From positions 864,001-928,000 of the forward strand of contig JBBCJC010000005.1 in NCBI GenBank assembly GCA_037189525.1: 64,000 bases of DNA, given 5' to 3'. How positions within the stretch are numbered: position 1 is the first letter of the stretch; each line of letters starts with the position of its first letter. The position numbers and the translations under genes were made by a program. The notes beneath the pieces were generated by a model. That model was not told the origin of the DNA. It saw only the letters and a list, made by a program, of their open reading frames with translations, and did no database searches. Below are positions 47,899-56,063 of this stretch, in pieces. Source of the DNA: Gemmatimonadales bacterium. GTDB taxonomy: Bacteria; Gemmatimonadota; Gemmatimonadetes; Gemmatimonadales; GWC2-71-9.

Positions 47899-50808
47899 TC
47901 AGGGAATCAACGCCGGCTTCTGCTGCCGCGCTTTGAGATGCTCCTCCATCTTGAGACGCGGAATCCCATCCTTCAGCCAGTCCGACGCCTCAACTCCCTT
48001 CAGGTGGTGATCGAAGAACTCGCGCATGCGCCCCGCGTAGTCCTTCTGATTGCGCGGCTGCGCCAATCCGTGATTTTCCCCGACATACTGAAGCAGAATC
48101 ACATCCTTGCCGAGTTCCCGCAGCGTGTTGTAAAACGTGATGCCCTGATTGAAGTCGACGGCGCCATCCTTCTCGTTATGCAGCAGCATCAGCGGCGTCT
48201 TCACGTTCTTGGCGTGGAACGCGGGCGAGTTCCGGATGTACGCGTCGTAGTTGTCGAGATAGTTGCCCTTGAAACGCCCCTGGGAACTCACGAAGATGCC
48301 CTGATTGGGGCCACCGGTATTCCAGTAGACCGAGCTGTACATGCTCACCATATCGGTGAGCGGCGCCCCCGCGATGGCCCCGGCGAAGAGATCCGTCTGG
48401 GTCACGAGGAAGGCCGTCTGGTAGCCGCCCCACGAATGACCATGCAGTCCCACTTTGCTCGCGTCGACGATACCCGTGGCGATGGCCGCCTTGGTGGCGG
48501 GAACCACCGCCCAGAGCGCCGACATGCCCGGGTCATTGATCCGATAGACGATGTCCGGCATCAGCACGGCGTAGCCGGCGCTGGTGTAAACGCTGGGATT
48601 GAGCGCCGTCGTCTCGTTAGGCGTGGCATACTGATGGAGACTCTGCGACAGCCGCTCGTAGATGTAGACGACTGTCGGATAGGTCTTGCCCTCCTCGTAG
48701 CCCGCCGGCAGGAAGAGCGCCGCCTGCAGGGAGTCGCCCTTGTCGGTCACGTAGTCGACCAGCCGCGCCCCCGGTGACCAGACGTACTCCTGCTGCTGCG
48801 GATTGGCGTCGGTGAGCCGCCGCGGCGCCGCGAAATCGCGGCCCGTCACCCAATAGTCGGGAAACTGAGTGAAGGTCTGGCGGGTGAAGAGGAAGGTGTC
48901 GGCGCGACGCGCCTTGGTGACCATATATGCCGCGTCGTCCCAGAGCAGGCGGTCGGCCTTCTTCCCGTTCGGGGCAATCCGCGCCAGACCGGTGCGCTTG
49001 GTGCGCTCGCCGTAGGCCTGGACATACTGCGGGATGGACAGATCGATACCACGCTCCTTCGGGTCCCAGACCAGGCGATTCCGGTAGCGGATCCCCTCCG
49101 CCCGGCCGTCGCCCGTCAGGTTCACGGCAGACGCCCCCGCCCGGACCGGCACGCGCCAGATGTCCCAACCGTCCGAGAGCAGCACGCTTCCGCCATCCTT
49201 GACCCACCCCAGGAACTGGCGCGGCGGACGATCCACGTTGTGATCGTCTTCGACGTTGACGAAGCTGACAGGTAACCCCGCGGTGAGATTCCGGTGCGTG
49301 CCCGTCGCAAACTCGTAGACGCGATAGTCGCCGTCCGCATAGTAGGCGAGTCGGGCCCCGTCGGGCGACGGTGCCGTGACGAACTGCTGCTCAGTGAGCA
49401 CCCGCGACGACGCGCCGGTCGTCAGGTCGATGGCATAGACGTCGCGGCGGCTCGGCCCGATCAGCTCATCGGCGCGCTCGTACGCCCGGCGGTCGGCGCC
49501 GATGGCCCAGCGATCGCCCGGCGCCACGGTTACCTCGGCCAGACTGTCGGAACCGAGTTGAATGATGCGCCGGTCGGCTACGCGATAGAGCGCCAGGAAG
49601 TTGGCCGCCTTGTCGGCAGTCTCCTGCACCTGCTGTCGCGCTTGGAGCCGGCTGTCCTTCGCGTGCCAGATGACGAGCGACGGTATCGAATCTTCCTCGA
49701 CGCCGCCCGTGACCGATGGACGCTGCATCGCGCCGGGTGTGCCGGCCACCGGCTTCACGTCGGGACGCGGCGCGCTGCGCACCGGCGCGGTCGCGACGCC
49801 GAAGTACAGCTGCGACAGGTTCCGCGCCCATGTCGGCGCCCGATCGGGACTCACCCGGAGGCCCGGGACAGCACTATCGACCGTCTGGGTCGAGATCACG
49901 ACGCGACCGGCCGTCGCCGCACCGACCCCCGTAAAGCCGAGCGCGACATAGCTCGTATCCTTGGCGGCGCTATCGACGACGCCGCGCAGCGCCGAGAGCG
50001 CGAGACCGCTATCGGCCCACTGCAGCCGGCGATAGAACGCGTCCTGACTTTCCAGCACGCGCGTCACGCCGGTCTTGGTGTTGCGGACATGGACGCCGTT
50101 GCCGAGCCGGTCACGGGCATCGATCGTGAGCGCCAGCCACTCGCCGGACTCATCGAACGCGAAGTCGCCCACGTTCCCGATGTTGATCGTGCTGCCGGTG
50201 CCCAGCTCGTAGTACAGCAGATCGACCCCGGTGGAACGCCCGGGGGCGGCCGCAGCCCCGGACGGCGGGCCAGCCGGCGCCGCGTCGGGCGGATAACTCT
50301 GAAACACGATGGCCGCGGGAGTATCGCCGGCAAACGCGAAGCGCTGCACCTTGGGAAACTCGCGCGTGGCGCCACTGGCGAGGTCGACCAGCACGGCCCT
50401 GGACTGGACCGGCTTCCGCTCTTTGCGGAGCTGGCGCTGCGCGGCGGCGGTCGGATACGCCAGGAACGCGAGCCAGCGTCCGTCGCCCGACACCGCCAGC
50501 GACGGCGGGCCCACAGGGACGCCGAAGCCGACAAAGCGGGGAGCCGGCGACTGGCCGATCGGAAAGCGGCGCTCGGCGCCTTCGCCGGTCGGGCGTACGA
50601 CCACCTCGCCGTCGCCCTCGTTCGGAACGAGGGTATAAGCAAACCAGCGCCCATCGGGGGTCAGCGACATGGCCCGGATGGTCTTCCAGGCCTGGAGGTC
50701 GGCTGCCGCGAGCGGCTTTCGTGCAGTGGACGGCGCCTGCGCCGCGACCGGCAGCGCAATCAGCGCCGTCACGGTAAGCGAGACGAGATAGGACGAACGA
50801 ACGGACAT
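47899..50808 (-). CDS. S9 family (prolyl oligopeptidase-like) peptidase
   Basis: Beta-propeller region; GHSWGG, DGAV, ENHG. Confidence 0.9.
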   Translation of the reverse strand: MSVRSSYLVSLTVTALIALPVAAQAPSTARKPLAAADLQAWKTIRAMSLTPDGRWFAYTLVPNEGDGEVVVRPTGEGAERRFPIGQSPAPRFVGFGVPVGPPSLAVSGDGRWLAFLAYPTAAAQRQLRKERKPVQSRAVLVDLASGATREFPKVQRFAFAGDTPAAIVFQSYPPDAAPAGPPSGAAAAPGRSTGVDLLYYELGTGSTINIGNVGDFAFDESGEWLALTIDARDRLGNGVHVRNTKTGVTRVLESQDAFYRRLQWADSGLALSALRGVVDSAAKDTSYVALGFTGVGAATAGRVVISTQTVDSAVPGLRVSPDRAPTWARNLSQLYFGVATAPVRSAPRPDVKPVAGTPGAMQRPSVTGGVEEDSIPSLVIWHAKDSRLQARQQVQETADKAANFLALYRVADRRIIQLGSDSLAEVTVAPGDRWAIGADRRAYERADELIGPSRRDVYAIDLTTGASSRVLTEQQFVTAPSPDGARLAYYADGDYRVYEFATGTHRNLTAGLPVSFVNVEDDHNVDRPPRQFLGWVKDGGSVLLSDGWDIWRVPVRAGASAVNLTGDGRAEGIRYRNRLVWDPKERGIDLSIPQYVQAYGERTKRTGLARIAPNGKKADRLLWDDAAYMVTKARRADTFLFTRQTFTQFPDYWVTGRDFAAPRRLTDANPQQQEYVWSPGARLVDYVTDKGDSLQAALFLPAGYEEGKTYPTVVYIYERLSQSLHQYATPNETTALNPSVYTSAGYAVLMPDIVYRINDPGMSALWAVVPATKAAIATGIVDASKVGLHGHSWGGYQTAFLVTQTDLFAGAIAGAPLTDMVSMYSSVYWNTGGPNQGIFVSSQGRFKGNYLDNYDAYIRNSPAFHAKNVKTPLMLLHNEKDGAVDFNQGITFYNTLRELGKDVILLQYVGENHGLAQPRNQKDYAGRMREFFDHHLKGVEASDWLKDGIPRLKMEEHLKARQQKPALIP

Positions 50809-50910
50809 GACGACTCCCGACGATGAGGGCGAGCAATGCCCAAGTTTCCGGCAAAAGCCCCCCCGAGGCAAGGGGGGGACCGGCGGAATCGTCAGGGAAA
50901 CACCATACCC

Positions 50911-51630
50911 TCACTCGCTCCGCAGCGCGTCGAGCGGATCGCTGCGCGTCGCCCGCCGAGCCGGAAGGTAGACCGCCGCGAGCACCACCAGGCCCAGCAT
51001 CGCCAGCACGAGGCCGAACACCAGCGGGTCGCTGCCGCGGGCGCCGAAGACAGCCGACTCGATCACCCGGCTCAACCGAACGCCGCCACCAGCCCCACGC
51101 CCATGCCGGCCAGCGCGATCGCCGCGCCGTGCCGCATCACGGCCGACCGCACCCGTCCAGGCGGCGCGCCGAGCGCCATGCGGACACCGATCTCATGGCT
51201 CTGCTGGGTCACGGCGTACGACAGCACGCCATAGAGCCCGACAGCTGCCAGGGTCAGTGCCACGCCGGCAAAGACGCTGAGCAGGAGCAACGTGAAGCGG
51301 TCGCGCGCGCGGTACCGAGCCACGACGTCGTCGAGCGTCCTCGGCTTGAACAGGACCAGGGCGGGGTCGACCTCAGCGAGGGCAACCCGAGCCCGCTCGA
51401 TCGCGGTCCGCGAATCCGTCGCCGCACGCACTGCATAGGCCAGCGTCCAGTTTCGGTCGCCCGCATAGAACCGATGGGTGGCGTACAACGCCGGGGCCAT
51501 CGCGCCACCCGCTTCGTACGCAACATCGCCCACGACCCCGATGATTCGAGCCTGGACGCTTCCGAGGATCGAGACCGATTCACCCAACGGATCGCGGTCG
51601 CCGAACGCCTCCTGCGCAAACCGTTGACTC
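50911..51630 (-). pseudogene. Truncated, frameshifted ABC (FtsX/ADOP-type) permease C-terminus
   Basis: GLYGVLSYAVTQQSHEIGVRMALGA; after a frameshift near 51076 it continues LSRVIESAVFG...PARRATRSDPLDALRSE*. No N-terminal part is present. Confidence 0.8.
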
Positions 51631-51659
51631 CATTAGCTAGTTAGTTAAGATGCTAACTA
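51624..51659 (+). promoter_or_regulatory. Promoter and inverted-repeat operator of the arsR-ridA-dehydratase operon
   Basis: TTGACT-N16-TAAGAT; TAGTTAG-N8-CTAACTA (51638-51659). Confidence 0.7.
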
Positions 51660-51982
51660 TGCCTCCGCTCCTCGAGGTCCTCCGCGCCATCGGCAGCGAC
51701 AAGCGCCTGCAGATCCTGACCTGGCTCGAGCATCCCACCAGGCATTTCCCGCCGCAGGTGGATGGCGACCTCGAAACCGATGGCGTCTGCTCGGTCCTGA
51801 TCGCCCGACGGCTCGGGGTCAGCGAGCCGACCACCTCGCGCCACATGAAGATCCTCGTCGACGCCGGGCTGGTTCGCGCCAAGCCGATCAAACAGTGGAC
51901 GTTCTACCGCCGCGACGAACGCGGCATCACCCGGGCGCGCCGGCTGATCGACCAGGCGCTCCGCACCAAGGAATCATCATGA
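51659..51982 (+). CDS. ArsR family regulator
   Basis: KRLQILTWL..P...GVCSVLIA...SEPTTSRHMKILVDAGLV. Confidence 0.88.
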   Translation: MPPLLEVLRAIGSDKRLQILTWLEHPTRHFPPQVDGDLETDGVCSVLIARRLGVSEPTTSRHMKILVDAGLVRAKPIKQWTFYRRDERGITRARRLIDQALRTKESS

Positions 51983-52458
51983 CGAATCCGGATGACCTCC
52001 CGGAAGCACGCTTGCTCCGGACCGGCCTCGCGCTCCCCGCCATCGGGCCGAGCCCGGGCAGCTTTCTTCCCTTCACCCGCGCCGGACGGCTGCTTTATAT
52101 CTCCGGCCAGGTCCCAATCGGTCCGGACGGACCCATCACCGGCCAGGTGGGCGACACCGTCACCGAATCGGCGGCGCGCGAGTGCGCTCGGCTGGTCACG
52201 CTCCGGATCGTGGCGGTCATTCGGATGGCCCTGGGGTCCCTCGACCGGGTCGAGCGGATCGTCAAGGTCAACGGCTACGTCAATGCCGTGCCGGGCTTCG
52301 GACGTCAGCCGGCCGTCCTCGACGGCTGCTCCGAACTCCTGGTCGAGATCTTCGGGGAGCGCGGCCGCCACGCCCGGGCGGCAGTGGGTGTCGCAGGGCT
52401 GCCCTTCAACGTTCCGGTCGAGATCGAGGCAATCGTCGAAACGGCAGACGAGTCGTGA
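51979..52458 (+). CDS. RidA/YjgF family protein
   Basis: YISGQVP, GRHARAAVG, VPVEIE. Confidence 0.9.
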   Translation: MTNPDDLPEARLLRTGLALPAIGPSPGSFLPFTRAGRLLYISGQVPIGPDGPITGQVGDTVTESAARECARLVTLRIVAVIRMALGSLDRVERIVKVNGYVNAVPGFGRQPAVLDGCSELLVEIFGERGRHARAAVGVAGLPFNVPVEIEAIVETADES

Positions 52459-53393
52459 CGACGCCGGGCACCGCAGTTCTCTGCCGCGCCGACATCGAGG
52501 AAGCGCATCGGGTCATCGCACCGTGGATCCGTCGGACTCCCGTGCTCACGATCGCCGGCCGCGACCTGGATCTGCCGGTGGAATCGGTCACCCTCAAGCT
52601 CGAGACGCTGCAGCGGGCCGGTTCCTTCAAAATCCGTGGCGCCTTTACCAATCTGCTCACACGAGAGATCCCGCCCGCCGGCGTGGTCGCGGCCTCCGGC
52701 GGCAATCACGGCGCCGCCGTCGCCTACGCAGCTTGCGTGCTTGGTATCCCGGCCCGGATCTTCGTGCCCCGGACGGCGGCGCCACTCAAACTCGATCGGA
52801 TCCGGCGAGCGGGCGCCCAGATCGAAGTGGAAGGCGCCGGCTACGCAGAAGCGCTCGCCCGCTCGGAGACGTGGGTCCGGACCAGTGGCGCCCTCGCGAT
52901 CCACGCGTTCGATCAACCCGAAACCATTCGCGGCCAGGGCACGCTCGCTCTCGAGATTGCGGATCAAGTCCCGGACGTCGACACCATTCTGGTCGGCGTC
53001 GGAGGCGGCGGCCTGCTGGCGGGCATCGCCACCTGGTACGGCGGCACGCGGCGGATCATCGGCGTGGAGCCGGAGGGTTCGCCGACCCTGACCCGTGCCC
53101 TCGAGGCCGGCAAGCCGGTAGACGCGCCGACCGATAGCTTCGCAACGTCGCTCTCGCCCCGACGGATCGGCGAACTGGTATACCCGATCGTCGCACGGCT
53201 CGCGGAGTCACCCGTTCTCGTCACCGACGCCGAGATCGTAGCGGCGCAGCAGGCGATCTGGGACGCAGTGCGCATCTGGGCCGAGCCGGAAGGCGCGGCG
53301 GCCTTTGCGGCCCTCCTGTCGGGGCGCTACCAACCGAGCCGGAATGAGCGCGTGGTCGTCGTCGTGAGTGGCGGCAACGCTACGATGGGATAG
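52455..53393 (+). CDS. PLP-dependent serine/threonine dehydratase family protein
   Basis: KLETLQRAGSFKIRGA, SGGNHG, GGGGL, SGGN; GTGA overlap. Confidence 0.9.
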   Translation: MTTPGTAVLCRADIEEAHRVIAPWIRRTPVLTIAGRDLDLPVESVTLKLETLQRAGSFKIRGAFTNLLTREIPPAGVVAASGGNHGAAVAYAACVLGIPARIFVPRTAAPLKLDRIRRAGAQIEVEGAGYAEALARSETWVRTSGALAIHAFDQPETIRGQGTLALEIADQVPDVDTILVGVGGGGLLAGIATWYGGTRRIIGVEPEGSPTLTRALEAGKPVDAPTDSFATSLSPRRIGELVYPIVARLAESPVLVTDAEIVAAQQAIWDAVRIWAEPEGAAAFAALLSGRYQPSRNERVVVVVSGGNATMG

Positions 53394-53427
53394 GACGAAG
53401 CACGGATGGTGATTCGCCGGGACGATG

Positions 53428-53853
53428 TTACTCCGGCACCGGGCCGAGATCGAGTTGAGCCGCGTTGGCCCGGATCCGCTCATCGTACGAGAGAACGGAA
53501 ACGCTGCCGAGGTTCTCGGCGAAGAGGAGAGCGGTGGCGAGATGGAGGGCGTCCAGAGTGCGAACCGGCTCGAAGGGGAAACGCGCCCGAGCTCGACGCA
53601 GGACCCGATCGGTCAGCTCGTGAACGTCCCAGTTCGACACCGCCACATCGAGCAGGCGAAGGGCTGACAGCTCATCCTTCAGACTGAGACGACCCTGCGA
53701 TCGGCCTCTCGCCAGACCACGCGCACACTCGACCGGTGTCAACGACGAGGTCACGACTCGCGTGGCGCCCGTCAGGATCGTTCGCACATCCTCGGCCGTC
53801 GGCTCCCCCAATAGCCAGGCGAGGACGCTGCTCGACTCCGCATAGATGATCAT
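53428..53853 (-). CDS. vapC: PIN-domain VapC toxin
   Basis: IYAESS, VECAR, RTLDALHLA, SYD; coupled to the antitoxin. Confidence 0.82.
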   Translation of the reverse strand: MIIYAESSSVLAWLLGEPTAEDVRTILTGATRVVTSSLTPVECARGLARGRSQGRLSLKDELSALRLLDVAVSNWDVHELTDRVLRRARARFPFEPVRTLDALHLATALLFAENLGSVSVLSYDERIRANAAQLDLGPVPE

Positions 53854-54143
53854 CGATCTCCGCGCTCTTCGGCAAGGACATCCCGAGCCGTGCCAGGGGG
53901 AGAGGTGATCGGCGAAGCAGGGTACGGATCGGGCGATGGCTCCGCCAGGCGAAGCGAGCCATCTGCCGCCATCCGGCTCAATGCACGATGTAAGGGCGAA
54001 TCAGGCACGCTCGACGTATCCGGACGCCGCAGTTCCGCGACTACGCGACCACGATCCGTCACCAGGACCACATCACCGGACTGGACATCCCGGAGGATCC
54101 GGCTCAGGTGAGCCTTGAGCTCTCGAACGCCGACTGTACGCAT
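53850..54143 (-). CDS. Phd/YefM family antitoxin
   Basis: MRTVGVRELKAHLSRILRDVQSGDVVLVTDRGRVVAEL. Confidence 0.9.
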   Translation of the reverse strand: MRTVGVRELKAHLSRILRDVQSGDVVLVTDRGRVVAELRRPDTSSVPDSPLHRALSRMAADGSLRLAEPSPDPYPASPITSPPGTARDVLAEERGDR

Positions 54144-54147
54144 ACCA

Positions 54148-54177
54148 CAATGTAGTTACATGTGACTACATTGACAA
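54148..54177 (-). promoter_or_regulatory. TA promoter and palindromic operator
   Basis: Minus strand TTGTCA-N17-TACATT; 26-bp palindrome CAATGTAGTTACATGTGACTACATTG with one mismatch. Confidence 0.75.
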
Positions 54178-54179
54178 AC

Positions 54180-54209
54180 AAGGGGGGAGCGACCAGTCGC
54201 CCCCCCCTT
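54180..54209 (-). terminator. Terminator after the D-aminoacylase
   Basis: G/C-rich stem GGGGGGAGCGAC/GTCGCCCCCCCC followed by TGTTTG on the minus strand. Confidence 0.55.
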
Positions 54210-54248
54210 CCCGCCACCGGCTTCGATGACCGAGACCGGCCGATTCGA

Positions 54249-55964
54249 TCAGCGCGACGGCGCCTGATAGCCGAGGCCTCGCAACGCCCGGCCGGGCTTG
54301 GCACCGGTGTGCTTGCCGTCCTTCCACACGGCGACTCCGTTGACCCAGACGTCCCGGACCCCTTCGCTCAGCTGGTGCGGGCTCTCGAAGGTCGCCCGAT
54401 CCGTGATGGTGGCCGGGTCGAAGAGCACGAGATCGGCGATCATCCCCTCCTTGACCATGCCCCGGTCGCGGAGCCCCAGAATCTGCGCGGTGGACCACGT
54501 CATCTTGCGCACCGCATCCTCCAGCGTGAGCAATCGGTCGGTCCGCACATACTTGCCCAGCACTCGCGGGAACGTCCCGTACGAGCGCGGGTGCACGTTG
54601 TACTTTGTGCTGTCGGGGTCGTAACCTCCCGCATCGCTGCCAATCACGACCCAGGGCCGCGCGATCATCATCGCGACATTCTCGTCCGACATCCCGAAAG
54701 TGATCTTACCCAGGCGGTCTTCCTCACCGAGCGTGAGCTCGATGATCGCCTCGTCCCAGGGCAGGCGGAGGTCGGCCGCAATCTCGCTCAGCCGCTTGGT
54801 CTGGTATTTGAGCCATTCGGGTTTCCGGAACCCGCTCACCAGGTAGGCCTCGGGCGGATTGTGCTGGCAGTAGGCCGGCGCGCCCGGGATCATATTCGTC
54901 ATATCCCGGCGAATCCGGTCACGCACGCTCCGATCCGCCAGATTGGCGAGCAGCTTGCCCTCGGCGTGCACCCAATCGGGAATGCAGGACGAGAGATTGT
55001 TTCCGGACGCCGGATACGGATACATCGTCGCCTTGACATCCTGGCCCGCGCTCCGCGCCGAGTCGATCCTGGCCACGGCGGGAACGGCAAGAGGCCAGTT
55101 GGTGCGGCCGCTCACCTTGAGGTGGTAGATCACCACCGGCACATTGCCCTCTCGACCGACCCGGAGCGCCTCGTCGATTGCGCTCAGAATGGCCGACTCC
55201 TCCGAGCGCATGTGGGTGATGTAATGCCCGTGCAAGGGCGACATGGCCTTGGCCAACTCCACCAGTTCGTCCGGACTGGCATACGCACCTGGCGGATAGA
55301 TCAGCGCGCTCGAAATCCCGAATGCGCCGTCCCGCATGGCATTCTGCACCACGGCCCGCATCGTGTCGAGTTCCGCCGGTCCCGCCGGACCTTCCCGCTG
55401 CCCCATGGCATAGGCGCGAACCGTCGTCGCCCCGAGGTAGCTCCCCGCATTGGTGGAGATTCCGTGGCGTTCCATGGCGTCGAGCCAGGCGCCGAAGCCG
55501 TGGACGCCACGGTAGGTACGGACGGCGGCCGCCATACTTCCGGGCTCGGGCTCGCCCGTGCCGTAGAGCGAATCGACGTTGGCATTCGACGGCGCCGGCG
55601 TGGTCGCCTCGCCGAGGATTTCCGATGTCACCCCCTGGGCGACCTTGCCCACCAGGCGTCCGTCGTCGGTCAGCAGCTGGTCCCACGAGTGGGATTGGAT
55701 ATCGATGAATCCGGGTGACAACACCAGCCCGCCTGCATCGACTCGACTCCCGGCAGCGACGCCGGCGAGGGCTCCCTTCGGCGCAATCGTCGCGATCCGA
55801 TCACCGCGCACGCCGACATCGCCCTCGTACCATGGATTGCCGGTACCGTCGACGATACGGGCATTGGCAATGACGACATCGTACGGCGAGGTGTCGTCAG
55901 ATTTCGGGCTGCAGCCCGCGACCAGAACAGCCAGGCCAACGATCGACCAGCGAGTGCGCACCAT
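54249..55964 (-). CDS. N-acyl-D-amino-acid deacylase family lipoprotein
   Basis: PGFIDIQSH, THMRSE, GSDAG, HPRSYGTFPR; lipobox VAGC. Confidence 0.9.
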   Translation of the reverse strand: MVRTRWSIVGLAVLVAGCSPKSDDTSPYDVVIANARIVDGTGNPWYEGDVGVRGDRIATIAPKGALAGVAAGSRVDAGGLVLSPGFIDIQSHSWDQLLTDDGRLVGKVAQGVTSEILGEATTPAPSNANVDSLYGTGEPEPGSMAAAVRTYRGVHGFGAWLDAMERHGISTNAGSYLGATTVRAYAMGQREGPAGPAELDTMRAVVQNAMRDGAFGISSALIYPPGAYASPDELVELAKAMSPLHGHYITHMRSEESAILSAIDEALRVGREGNVPVVIYHLKVSGRTNWPLAVPAVARIDSARSAGQDVKATMYPYPASGNNLSSCIPDWVHAEGKLLANLADRSVRDRIRRDMTNMIPGAPAYCQHNPPEAYLVSGFRKPEWLKYQTKRLSEIAADLRLPWDEAIIELTLGEEDRLGKITFGMSDENVAMMIARPWVVIGSDAGGYDPDSTKYNVHPRSYGTFPRVLGKYVRTDRLLTLEDAVRKMTWSTAQILGLRDRGMVKEGMIADLVLFDPATITDRATFESPHQLSEGVRDVWVNGVAVWKDGKHTGAKPGRALRGLGYQAPSR

Positions 55965-56063
55965 CGAGCCTCCTTCGTATCGGCCACGTTGAAAGAAACG
56001 AAACGGCGACGGCTCCGGCGCTCCCATCTGCGGGCGCACCGGAGCCGGCACCTGGCATCCCGG

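Noticed and set aside
51072..51074. TGA read-through (selenocysteine) in the permease fragment
   Set aside because: Homology resumes in a different frame, so this is a frameshift rather than recoding.
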